This document shows, one piece after another, positions 26,093-35,044 of a stretch of 64,000 nucleotides of DNA (position 1 is its first letter; each line of letters begins with the position of its first letter). The translations under genes and the position numbers were made by a program. Location of the stretch: assembly GCA_050015475.1 (NCBI GenBank), contig JBEKBI010000011.1, forward strand, positions 8,135-72,134, read 5' to 3'. Origin of the DNA: Acidimicrobiales bacterium (GTDB taxonomy: Bacteria; Actinomycetota; Acidimicrobiia; Acidimicrobiales; Bog-793). The notes under the pieces are model-generated. The model was given only the letters and a program-made list of their open reading frames with translations, was not told where the DNA came from and ran no database searches.

Positions 26093-27139
26093 GTGAATAC
26101 CAATCCGGCCGACGAGATCCGACAGATCGAGGCCGAGGCGACGGCCGCTCTCACGGCCGCGACCGATCTCGAGACACTCGAGGAGAGCGAGCGTCTCGCG
26201 TTCCGGTCGAAGAAGTCCCGTTTTGCGGCCATCTATCAGCAGCTCGGATCCTGCGAGCCCGCCGAACGCCGTGAGCTCGGCAGGATGCTGAACGAGCTTC
26301 GCGGCCGTCTCGAGGACATCGCCGAGGCGCGGCGGGCGGAGCTGGCGCTGTCCGCAAGGACCGAGCGGCTGGCGGCGGACCGTCTGGACCTCACCGAGGT
26401 GCTCCCTGGACGCCTCGCCGGGCACCTGCACCTCGTCACCCAGGTGCGGGAGATGCTCGAGGACGTCTTCGTCGGCATGGGCTACGAGATCGCCGAGGGG
26501 CCTGAGGTGGAGACCGGCTGGCGCAACTTCGACGCCCTCAACATCCCCGAGGACCACCCGGCCCGGAGCATCTTCGACACCTTCTACGTCGAGTTCGGAG
26601 AGCCCTGGAGCGTGGTGCTGCGACCCCACACATCGCCCGTCCAGATCCGGCTGCTAGAGCGCGGAACGCTGCCGATCTACGCCGTCGCGCCGGGCCGCAC
26701 CTATCGCAAGGACACGCCGGACTCCACTCACTTGCCCGTGTTCCACCAGATCGAGGGGCTTGTCGTCGACCGCGGCGTCACGTTCGCGGACTTGAAGGGC
26801 ACCATCGACCTGTTCGTCGGGGCCATCTTCGGCGAGCAGACCCGCACGAGGCTTCGGCCCGCGTACTTCCCGTTCACCGAGCCGTCCGCCGAGTTCGAGA
26901 TGTCGTGCGTGATCTGTGGCGGCGAAGGCTGCCGGACTTGTTCTGGAATCGGGTGGATCGAGCTGGGTGGGTGCGGAATGGTGCACCCGGCGGTGTTCGA
27001 GGCCACAGGCGTCGATCCCGAGGAATGGACGGGATTCGCCTTCGGGTTCGGCATAGACCGGTTGGCGATCATGCGTCATGAGATATCGGACCTCAGGGTG
27101 ATGGTCGAGAACGACGCGAGGTTCCTCGCCCAGTTCTGA
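26093..27139 (+). CDS. pheS: phenylalanine--tRNA ligase alpha subunit
   Basis: Class II motifs including FPFTEPSAEFE and GFGIDRLAM. Confidence 0.95.
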   Translation: MNTNPADEIRQIEAEATAALTAATDLETLEESERLAFRSKKSRFAAIYQQLGSCEPAERRELGRMLNELRGRLEDIAEARRAELALSARTERLAADRLDLTEVLPGRLAGHLHLVTQVREMLEDVFVGMGYEIAEGPEVETGWRNFDALNIPEDHPARSIFDTFYVEFGEPWSVVLRPHTSPVQIRLLERGTLPIYAVAPGRTYRKDTPDSTHLPVFHQIEGLVVDRGVTFADLKGTIDLFVGAIFGEQTRTRLRPAYFPFTEPSAEFEMSCVICGGEGCRTCSGIGWIELGGCGMVHPAVFEATGVDPEEWTGFAFGFGIDRLAIMRHEISDLRVMVENDARFLAQF

Positions 27140-27187
27140 GATCGGACCCGGCGAGGCACGACAAACGAGAGTTGAGGAGACGACGAA

Positions 27188-29692
27188 GTGCGGGTTCCAC
27201 TGTCGTGGTTGCGGGACCTGACCCCGCTCGAGACGCGGCCGACCGACCGCGGCGAGGTCGCGGCCCTGGCGGCCGACCTGGACGCGCTCGGGCTTGTCGT
27301 CGAAGGCATCGAGCGGGTCGGCGAAGGCCTTGGCGACGTCGTGCTGGCCCGAGTAACTGAGATCGCCGCCATTCCGAAGGCGGACCGGATCCGGCGAGTC
27401 GTCGTCGACGCCGGCGGCCCCGACCCCGTCGAGGTTGTCTGCGGCGCCTGGAACTTCGAGGTCGGCGACGTCGTCCCGCTCGCGCCCATCGGCGCCGTGT
27501 TGCCGGGGGACTTTCTCATCGAGCAACGCCGGTTGCGTGGGGTCGTGTCCAACGGGATGATCTGCTCGGGCCGGGAGCTCAGGCTCTCGGACGACCACGA
27601 GGGGATCCTCGTGCTCGGGCGGGACGAGGGCGGCTCAGCCGGACCCGGTCGTGGTGCGGGCTTCGAGCTCGGGCTCCCGCTCGCCGACTACCTGGGTGCC
27701 GGCTTCGCCCCTGACGTCGTGTTCGACCTCGCCATAGAGGGCAATCGTCCGGACTGCCTGTGTGTGGCGGGGATCGCCCGCGACATAGCGGCCCGCCTGG
27801 GCCTTCCTCTGCAGCTGCCTGACCCCGTCGTCGAGGAGGGGCCCGAGCTGGCTGCCGGTCACGGAACCGTCGAAGTGTTGGCGCCGGAGCTGTGCCGTCG
27901 GCTGCTGGGAAGAGTGCTGCTCGACGTGACTCGCGTGCCCTCACCGGCTGCCATCGGCCGCCGGTTGACTCTCGCGGGCATGCGCCCCATCGACTCGGTC
28001 GTCGACGCCTCGAACTACGTCATGCTCGAACTCGGCCAGCCCACCCACCCCTACGACCTCGACCGCCTCGGCGGCGGCGGGCTCAAGGTGCGGGCGGCCC
28101 GCCCGGGGGAGGGGATCGTGACGCTCGATGGCGTGGCCAGGGTGCTCGGGAACCGGCCGGACCGGCCTGGCGACGCCTTGGGCTCGAGCGACTGCGTGAT
28201 CTGCGACGCCGAGGATCAGGTCGTCGGGATCGCGGGGGTCATGGGCGGGGAGTCGAGTGAGATCTCGCCCGAGGTTTCGCGCGTCCTGCTCGAGGTCGCC
28301 TCTTTTGCGCCCCTCGCCGTCGCCAGAACCGCCCGTTCGGTGGGCTTGAGAACCGAGGCGTCCATCCGCTTCGAGCGGGGAGTGGACCCGCTCGGCATGG
28401 AGCGTGCCGCCTTGCGGTTCTGTGAGCTCGTGGTTGCGGCGGCTCGCGAAGCCGGGGTAAGGCCCCCGGTCGTGGCGTCGGGTGTCCTCGACTCACATCC
28501 CGTCCCCTACGAGCCGCGACGGGTCGCGGTCCGGGCGACAAGGGTCGGCTCGTTGCTCGGCACCGAGGTCGAAGACGCGGAGATCGCCCGGCTGCTGGAG
28601 CCGCTCGGCTTCGTCACGACATTGCCCGGGAAATCGGGGACGGACGGCGCGCTCGACGTCGAGGTGCCCTCGTTCCGCCCGGATGTCAAGCGAGAGGTGG
28701 ATGTGATCGAGGAGGTGGCAAGGCGCATCGGCTACCAGGAACTGCCGATTTCCCAGCGCCGCTCCCCATACGTCGGCGGGCTGAACGAGGTCCAGTCCCT
28801 CCGCCGCCGCCTACGGCGCGTCTTGAGCGGGTTGGGCGCTCACGAGGCGTGGACCGTGTCGATCGTCGAGCCGGGGGACCAGACGCGCGGGGGAGTGAAT
28901 AGCGCCCTCGTCACGCTCTCGAACCCCATGGACGCGGAGCAGTCCGCGCTCAGGGGAGGACTGTTGCCCGGCCTATTGGAGGCGGTCCGCCACAACGTCG
29001 GCCACCGCCATCCCATGCTCCGACTCTTCGAGATAGGCGACGTGTTCGCCCTACCGGCGGATCAAGCGCCCCCTGACCCGGAGCTGCCAAGGGAGTGGGA
29101 GCTAGTGGGGCTGCTGCTGGCGGATGAGGCCGACGACGCCGGCGCGGCTGTGAACGCCTGGCGCCGGGTCGAAGACGCGGTCGGACTTGACGACGTCGAG
29201 CTCCGGCATGCCGCTCGGCCCGGGCTCCATCCCGCAAGGACGGCGGAGATCGTGGCCGGCGGGACTGTCATCGGCGTCGTCGGCGAGGTCGACCCGGAGA
29301 CGCTGAAGGCGTTCGAGCTCCCCCACGAGCGCGTCGGGTGGCTGGAGATCGATCTCGCGGGGCTTGCCGCCGCTCCCCGTAAGCCGCTCGTCGCAAGGCC
29401 GGTCAGCCACTTCCCCTCGAGTGACGTCGACCTTGCCTTTGTCGTCGAGGACTCGGTTCCGGCCGCCGCGATCGAGACGGAGCTGCGGCGTGCCGCCGGC
29501 GAGCTGTGCGAATCAGTCGAGCTGTTCGATGTCTATCGCGGCCGGGGGGTGGAGGACGGCTCGCGGAGCCTCGCCTACCGCCTGCGGTTCTGCGCCCTCG
29601 ACCGGACACTCACCGACGCCGAGGTGGCGAGCTTGCGAGTCCGGTGCGTCATCTCCGTAGAGAGCCATCATCCGGCCAAGCTGCGAGGCTGA
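27188..29692 (+). CDS. pheT: phenylalanine--tRNA ligase beta subunit
   Basis: MRVPLSWLRD N-terminus, then tRNA-binding, B3/4, B5 and FDX-ACB regions. 834 aa. Confidence 0.95.
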   Translation: MRVPLSWLRDLTPLETRPTDRGEVAALAADLDALGLVVEGIERVGEGLGDVVLARVTEIAAIPKADRIRRVVVDAGGPDPVEVVCGAWNFEVGDVVPLAPIGAVLPGDFLIEQRRLRGVVSNGMICSGRELRLSDDHEGILVLGRDEGGSAGPGRGAGFELGLPLADYLGAGFAPDVVFDLAIEGNRPDCLCVAGIARDIAARLGLPLQLPDPVVEEGPELAAGHGTVEVLAPELCRRLLGRVLLDVTRVPSPAAIGRRLTLAGMRPIDSVVDASNYVMLELGQPTHPYDLDRLGGGGLKVRAARPGEGIVTLDGVARVLGNRPDRPGDALGSSDCVICDAEDQVVGIAGVMGGESSEISPEVSRVLLEVASFAPLAVARTARSVGLRTEASIRFERGVDPLGMERAALRFCELVVAAAREAGVRPPVVASGVLDSHPVPYEPRRVAVRATRVGSLLGTEVEDAEIARLLEPLGFVTTLPGKSGTDGALDVEVPSFRPDVKREVDVIEEVARRIGYQELPISQRRSPYVGGLNEVQSLRRRLRRVLSGLGAHEAWTVSIVEPGDQTRGGVNSALVTLSNPMDAEQSALRGGLLPGLLEAVRHNVGHRHPMLRLFEIGDVFALPADQAPPDPELPREWELVGLLLADEADDAGAAVNAWRRVEDAVGLDDVELRHAARPGLHPARTAEIVAGGTVIGVVGEVDPETLKAFELPHERVGWLEIDLAGLAAAPRKPLVARPVSHFPSSDVDLAFVVEDSVPAAAIETELRRAAGELCESVELFDVYRGRGVEDGSRSLAYRLRFCALDRTLTDAEVASLRVRCVISVESHHPAKLRG

Positions 29693-29726
29693 CCTCTCGC
29701 TCCCGGCCGGGAAACGGCGGGGAGAC

Positions 29727-30164
29727 TCATTTGTCGTCGGGCACCGGCGCGCGGGCGGACGCGACCCTGTCGGACAGGAGAAGGGCCGTCTCGCCGTCGT
29801 CCTCGTAGAGGAGGTCCTGCTCGACAAGCTCACCTATCGTCTCGGTGATCGGGCGGAAGTAGCTGCGGACCTGCTCGAGCACGAAAGCCGGCAGCTGGTC
29901 GAGAAAGCAGAAGGCGACGAGCCCGGTCCCGTCCGCGCCGGGCTCGACGGCAACTTGCTCGAGAGCGCCGAAGCACCGCTCCAGGGTGTCTTCGCGGTCG
30001 CCGGCCTGCACCAGCTCGGCGACGAAATCGGCGAGCTCGTTGAATACCACCTGCGGGGTCAGGTCCTCGTCGTAGATGTCGAGGAGGTCTAGGTAGTGCT
30101 GCTCGAACTCCGGGACGGCCTCCCGCAGGATCCGCACGGCTCTGTCGTCTACCGGTGGGCGCAT
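29727..30164 (-). CDS. hypothetical acidic helical protein
   Basis: 146 aa from ATG 30164. Natural composition (EFEQHYLDLLDIYDEDLTPQVVFNELADFVAELVQAGD...). I cannot assign a family with confidence. Confidence 0.55.
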   Translation of the reverse strand: MRPPVDDRAVRILREAVPEFEQHYLDLLDIYDEDLTPQVVFNELADFVAELVQAGDREDTLERCFGALEQVAVEPGADGTGLVAFCFLDQLPAFVLEQVRSYFRPITETIGELVEQDLLYEDDGETALLLSDRVASARAPVPDDK

Positions 30165-30249
30165 TTTCGTTCCTTCCCGTCGTGGGTTTTCACGGCGGCG
30201 GTCGAGCGCCACGAGACAGCCGAAGACCGGCTGCGTGCACAGTAGCTAC

Positions 30250-30288
30250 GGCTCCAGCACCGCATCAAGAGGTGGCGGTGCTGGAGCC
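30250..30288. repeat. perfect 14-bp inverted repeat (hairpin) in a divergent intergenic region
   Basis: GGCTCCAGCACCGC(30250-30263), an 11-nt loop, then GCGGTGCTGGAGCC(30275-30288). No T-tract on either strand. Confidence 0.8.
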
Positions 30289-30445
30289 GACGACCTGTCG
30301 CTGAACCGTCCCACAGGTTCCGGCCGGTCACGCAATCGGCCTGCTTATGCTCCTCGTTAGCGCCCTGCGACGAGCCGGGCGATGAATCCGGGGACGGAAG
30401 GATCTTCTTCCGATCGATCCCCTCTCAGAACCGGGAGATGACGTC

Positions 30446-30982
30446 ATGCGCAAGGTCGTCGCCTACGAGTTGTTGTCGCTCGACGGTGTGGCGGAGCAGC
30501 CGGACGAGTTCATAACCGACTTCGATGAGGTGATGCTGGAGAACCTCGGTCGCGTGATCGCCACCCAGGATGCGGTCCTCCTCGGGCGCCGGACCTATGA
30601 CGAATGGGCCGGTTTCTGGCCGACCAGCGACATCGAGCCGTTCGCCACGTTCATCAACGGCGTGGAGAAGTTTGTCGTGACGTCGGCGACGCCCGGAGTC
30701 ACGTGGGCTAACACGACGGTCGTCGATGGCGACGTCGACGAGTTCATCACCGAGCTCAAGCAGCGGTCCGGCGGCGACATCGGCGTACATGGGAGCGTCT
30801 CACTTGCCCAATCGTTGCTCGCAGGTGGCCTGGTCGACGAGCTGCGCCTTGTTATCGCCCCGGCATTGCACGTGCACGGCCGAAGGCTCTTCGACGGGGG
30901 CTCGCCGACGCGGCTCACTGTGACCCGGCATGTCGCCTCTCCGTCTGGTCACCTGCTGCTCGACTTCCAAGTCGGCGGCTGA
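30446..30982 (+). CDS. dihydrofolate reductase-family protein (RibD C-terminal-like domain)
   Basis: SLDGV...LLGRRTYDEWAGFW...KFVVTS...IGVHGSVSLAQSLLAGGLVDELRLVIAP pattern of the RibD_C/YwjB family. Confidence 0.85.
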   Translation: MRKVVAYELLSLDGVAEQPDEFITDFDEVMLENLGRVIATQDAVLLGRRTYDEWAGFWPTSDIEPFATFINGVEKFVVTSATPGVTWANTTVVDGDVDEFITELKQRSGGDIGVHGSVSLAQSLLAGGLVDELRLVIAPALHVHGRRLFDGGSPTRLTVTRHVASPSGHLLLDFQVGG

Positions 30983-31106
30983 CTTGGGTTGTCCGGTCTT
31001 CGCCCGGGCTGTGGTGGCAATCGCTGGAACGGCCCGCCAAGTGCATGACAACGCACGGAATGCCGCCTGATCCAAGGACGACGCGGGCGGAGCGGTCGTC
31101 AGTGTG

Positions 31107-31748
31107 TCAGCAAGCAGCGCCGCTCGGGGACACTGGGCCACCGCCACTTCGAAGTGGGGCCATGCCATGTCCCGTTGTGCGCGGATCTCCGGCATAGAAC
31201 GCGTCCCACCAGCGCCGACCGCCGTCGGCGACGTCTCGTAAAGATCGGGGTTCCCCGCCAGTGCTGAAGGCAGTCACGTCTCCGAACCAGATCCGAAGGT
31301 CAAGAATTCGATCAGGTCGAGCGAGCGACTCCTGGGACAGGGCCAACACGTGGTCCCGTGATCCGCCGGCGATCGTGACGTCCAGGCTGAGGCGATCCCG
31401 CCAATGGTCCCAAGAGTGCTCCGGATCGAAGAAATCCCATCCGTAGATCGGCACACCTCCGAATCTCCGGACGGCGTCACCCAGCTCGTCGAGGGCGAGA
31501 GCCTCCACGACCGCCGAGGCGTCATCCCAGCGACCTGCGCGTAGCGAGGCGACTGCGCGTCCTACACCGCTCAGCCGAAACAGGACCCGTCGGTCCTCTG
31601 GTTCCGGGCCTTCTTCAGGCAACGCAAGCAACCTCAGGAGAACGACCGCCTCCGCCCGGTCTGGTCGCAGCTCAAAGTCGCAGAATTGGCCCTCGTTCAA
31701 GGCGATGTTGAGGTCCGGCAACAGCCCTTCAAGTCCTGACGACGCCAT
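31107..31748 (-). CDS. hypothetical protein, last gene of the fab operon
   Basis: 213-aa ORF, 49 nt downstream of fabF on the same strand, with natural composition. I recognise no motif. Confidence 0.6.
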   Translation of the reverse strand: MASSGLEGLLPDLNIALNEGQFCDFELRPDRAEAVVLLRLLALPEEGPEPEDRRVLFRLSGVGRAVASLRAGRWDDASAVVEALALDELGDAVRRFGGVPIYGWDFFDPEHSWDHWRDRLSLDVTIAGGSRDHVLALSQESLARPDRILDLRIWFGDVTAFSTGGEPRSLRDVADGGRRWWDAFYAGDPRTTGHGMAPLRSGGGPVSPSGAAC

Positions 31749-31797
31749 GCCCCTAAGTCTTGCACGGGGTCGAGATGCCTCTCGGAGCGGTTCGTGC

Positions 31798-32997
31798 CTA
31801 AGACGGTGGGGCGATCACGATGCAGCCGTTGTGCCCACCGAACCCGAAGCTGTTCGACAGGATCGGGCCTGGTTCCCACTCGCGCGGGACGCCGCGGACA
31901 ATGTCCAAGTGGATCTCGGGGTCCTGTTGTTCGAGGCCGACTGTCGGCGGGATGAGGCGCTTTTCGATCGATAGCGCACAGGCGACGCCTTCGATCGCTC
32001 CCGCCGCGCCGAGCGAATGGCCGGTGACACCCTTTATCGACGTGACGATCGGACCCGGTTGGCCGAAGAGCTTCTCGATGGCCTCGGCCTCGGCGAGATC
32101 GTTGAGCGGCGTGGATGTGCCGTGGGCGTTGACATGAGCGACGTCTCCGGGCGCAATGCCGGCATTTGCGAGCGCGAGCTCCATGCATCCGATCGCGCCT
32201 ACGCCCCCGGGGGCCGGTGCGGTGATGTGGTAGGCATCCGCGCTCGAAGCGCCGCCGAGAAGCTCGGCATAGATATGAGCCCCGCGAGCCTTCGCGCTCT
32301 CGAACTCCTCGAGCACGAGCATGGCCCCGCCCTCGGCGATCATGAAGCCGTCCCGGCGGGCGTCGAACGGGCGCGAATGCCCACTTGTCGACAGCGCCGT
32401 CATGTTGCCGAAGGCCGCCAGGGCGACTGGAGTCATGGCTGCTTCAGCACCGCCGGCGAGGACGGCGTCACAACGGCCCGAGGCGATGAGCCGGTGCCCG
32501 GCGAGGAGCGCGTGCGTTCCTGAAGCGCACGCCGTGACGATCGTCTCGCACGGGCCCCGCCACCCGATGCGCATCGAGATCGTTGCCGCGGCGGCATTGG
32601 CCATCATCATCGGCACCAGGAAGGGGGAGACCCGACGCGGGCCCTTGTCGAGCAGCACTGCTATCTGGGTCTCCATGGTGCCGAGGCCGCCGACGCCGGT
32701 GCCGACTTGGATGCCGGCGCGAGCCGGGTTGACCTCGAACGGCCCGGAGTCGCCCAGCGCCATCTCGGCGGCCGCGACCGCGTATTGGGCGAAGAGGTCC
32801 ACCCGCCGCACCTCTTTGGCGTCGAACCAGAGGGAGGCATCGAATCCTTGGACGCGATGCTCACCTTCGGGCGCCGGTCCGCTCAGGCCCGCGAAAAAGG
32901 CCTCGGTGCCGATCCCGCAGCACGACACCACGCCGAGCCCCGTGATCGCGACTCTGCGGCGACTCTCCGCGTCTGGCACAGGCGCGGCGCTTGTCAT
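31798..32997 (-). CDS. fabF: beta-ketoacyl-ACP synthase II
   Basis: Active-site VTACASGTHAL, with NAHGTSTPLND and GVTGHSLGAAGA. The ATG overlaps the acpP stop. Confidence 0.95.
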   Translation of the reverse strand: MTSAAPVPDAESRRRVAITGLGVVSCCGIGTEAFFAGLSGPAPEGEHRVQGFDASLWFDAKEVRRVDLFAQYAVAAAEMALGDSGPFEVNPARAGIQVGTGVGGLGTMETQIAVLLDKGPRRVSPFLVPMMMANAAAATISMRIGWRGPCETIVTACASGTHALLAGHRLIASGRCDAVLAGGAEAAMTPVALAAFGNMTALSTSGHSRPFDARRDGFMIAEGGAMLVLEEFESAKARGAHIYAELLGGASSADAYHITAPAPGGVGAIGCMELALANAGIAPGDVAHVNAHGTSTPLNDLAEAEAIEKLFGQPGPIVTSIKGVTGHSLGAAGAIEGVACALSIEKRLIPPTVGLEQQDPEIHLDIVRGVPREWEPGPILSNSFGFGGHNGCIVIAPPS

Positions 32998-33236
32998 CAG
33001 AGCTTCGAAGTTACGAGCTCGTACGCCTGGCCGATTGTCTCGACGCCTTCCAACTCGCTTTCGTCGACCGTGATCCCGAAGACCTCCTCGAGCTCCATCA
33101 CGAGCTCGACGAGGTCGAGACTGTCAGCGTCGAGGTCGTTCGCGAAGTTGGCTTCCAGGGTCACCTTCTCGATGGGCACGTTCAGTATCTCGACCGCGCA
33201 GGCCTGGAACTTCTCGAAGGTTGCTTGGTTGTCCAT
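32997..33236 (-). CDS. acpP: acyl carrier protein
   Basis: 79 aa with the phosphopantetheine site DLDADSLDLVELVMELEE. Confidence 0.95.
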   Translation of the reverse strand: MDNQATFEKFQACAVEILNVPIEKVTLEANFANDLDADSLDLVELVMELEEVFGITVDESELEGVETIGQAYELVTSKL

Positions 33237-33278
33237 GCGAGGGCTGCTTTCTCTTGTCGGTTGGATATTGGCGATGAG

Positions 33279-34076
33279 TCAGTGGCCCATGCCCAGACCG
33301 CCGTCCACGGCCAGCACGGCTCCTGTCACGTAACTTGCTCCGTCTGATGCCAGGAACTCGACGGCCGAGGCGATCTCGTCCGGGACAGCTTGTCTCCCGA
33401 TCGGCGCCAATGCTGTCAGCGCTGTGACGCGATCTTCTCCCAGCACGGCGATCATATCCGTGGCCACGATGCCGGGGGACACGACGTTGACGGTGATGTT
33501 ACGGGTCGCGACCTCCCGCGCGACCGAGCGGGCGAAGCCGACGAGGGCCGCTTTGGAGGCACCGTAGTTGGCTTGGCCTGGCGAGCCGTTGAACGCGACG
33601 ACCGAGGAGATGAGCACGATCCGTCCTTGCCGCGCCCGTACCATCGGCCCGAGGGCGCGTTTCGTAGTCCTGAACACGGAGGTGAGGTTCGCCTCGATTA
33701 CCTCGTGCCAACGCTCCTCGGACATGCGCAGCAACAAGGCGTCGGCCGTGATCCCGGCGGCGCAAACGAGAACCTGCACAGGTCCGAAGGCCTCCTCGGT
33801 CTCAGCGAAGGCCCGGTCCACATCTGTCGGTGAGGTGACATCGCAGGCAACAGCCAGGAGGGGATGGGTGCCGATGGGCCCTTGGAGGTCGTCGGGCGGT
33901 TTGGTTCGCCAGGTGACCGCCACCAGATCACCCGCGGCTTGGAAGCGGCGGGCACAGGCGAGCCCAATCCCGCGCGAGCCGCCGGTCACGAGCACGACCC
34001 GACCGGATCGAGCGCCCTCGTCGGAACGAGGAGGCTCCGCGTCCGAAGCTGTGTGTTCGTCGCGGGTTCCGGTCAT
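33279..34076 (-). CDS. fabG: 3-oxoacyl-ACP reductase
   Basis: SDR motifs TGGSRGIG and NYGASKAAL. ATG 34076 overlaps the fabH stop (ATGA). The track ORF extends further upstream. Confidence 0.9.
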   Translation of the reverse strand: MTGTRDEHTASDAEPPRSDEGARSGRVVLVTGGSRGIGLACARRFQAAGDLVAVTWRTKPPDDLQGPIGTHPLLAVACDVTSPTDVDRAFAETEEAFGPVQVLVCAAGITADALLLRMSEERWHEVIEANLTSVFRTTKRALGPMVRARQGRIVLISSVVAFNGSPGQANYGASKAALVGFARSVAREVATRNITVNVVSPGIVATDMIAVLGEDRVTALTALAPIGRQAVPDEIASAVEFLASDGASYVTGAVLAVDGGLGMGH

Positions 34077-35044
34077 CTGGCCGCTCCCCGCTGGCGCTGG
34101 CCCGAGGGAGGCGTTGGGGCTCCGCCCCATCGCACGACTGCGCTCGCCCAGGTCATGCCTGCGCCGAAGCCGGAGAAGAGTATGAGGTCGCCCTCGGTGA
34201 GACGCCCGGCATCGGCGGCCTCGCCGAGAGCAATTCCGCAAGAGGCCGCCGAGGTGTTCCCCGTGTGATCGAGGCATATCGCATACCGGGAAGGGTCGAT
34301 GCCGAGGCGCTGGCCCATGGCGTCGACGATCCGGATGTTCGCCTGGTGGGGAACGAACAAGGCGATGTCCTCTGGCGCGACATGGGCTTTGTTGAGGACG
34401 CGTTCGGCCGATTCGACTGTCGCCCGCACAGCGCTGCGGAAGACCTCTCGGCCCTCCATGTAGATGAGGCCGCCTCTGTCGCAGCGGAGGATGGGCGTCA
34501 ACGACCCGTCGAGTCCGAGGTCCTGGGCGAGGATCAACGGGTCGTCCCCGACGGCCTCGACGACGATGGCGCCGGCGCCATCACCGAAAAGGACGGCTGT
34601 GGACCGGTCGTCCTGATCCGTGTACTGCGACAAGGTGTCAGAGCCGATCAGCAGGACACGATCGTGCCCAGAGTCGAGCAGGGCGACAGCGGTGACGAGC
34701 CCGTAGACGAAGCCCGCACAGGCCGCGTTCAAGTCGAAGGCTGCGCCGCGGCATCCAAGCTGATGGTGTACCCATGAAGACGTGGCGGGAACGGTCCGGT
34801 CCGGGGTCGTGGTCGCCAGCACGAGAAGGTCGATGTCCGCGCCGTTGCGCCCCGCCCGGGCGAGGGCCTTTCCGGCGGCCTCGATGGCGAGGCTCGAAGT
34901 CGTGCCGCCGTAGCGGCGCTCCTTGATCCCGGTGCGGTCCACTATCCACTCGTCGGTCGTGTCGAGCCGTGCCTCGAAATCCGCGTTCGTGACGACCTTT
35001 TCCGGCAAAGCGAGTCCCCATCCGGTGATTCGTGCGCCTCTCAT
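34073..35044 (-). CDS. fabH: beta-ketoacyl-ACP synthase III
   Basis: NAACAGFVYGL (Cys), HQANIRI and GNTSAAS motifs. ATG 35044 shares one nt with the fabD stop. Confidence 0.9.
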   Translation of the reverse strand: MRGARITGWGLALPEKVVTNADFEARLDTTDEWIVDRTGIKERRYGGTTSSLAIEAAGKALARAGRNGADIDLLVLATTTPDRTVPATSSWVHHQLGCRGAAFDLNAACAGFVYGLVTAVALLDSGHDRVLLIGSDTLSQYTDQDDRSTAVLFGDGAGAIVVEAVGDDPLILAQDLGLDGSLTPILRCDRGGLIYMEGREVFRSAVRATVESAERVLNKAHVAPEDIALFVPHQANIRIVDAMGQRLGIDPSRYAICLDHTGNTSAASCGIALGEAADAGRLTEGDLILFSGFGAGMTWASAVVRWGGAPTPPSGQRQRGAAR

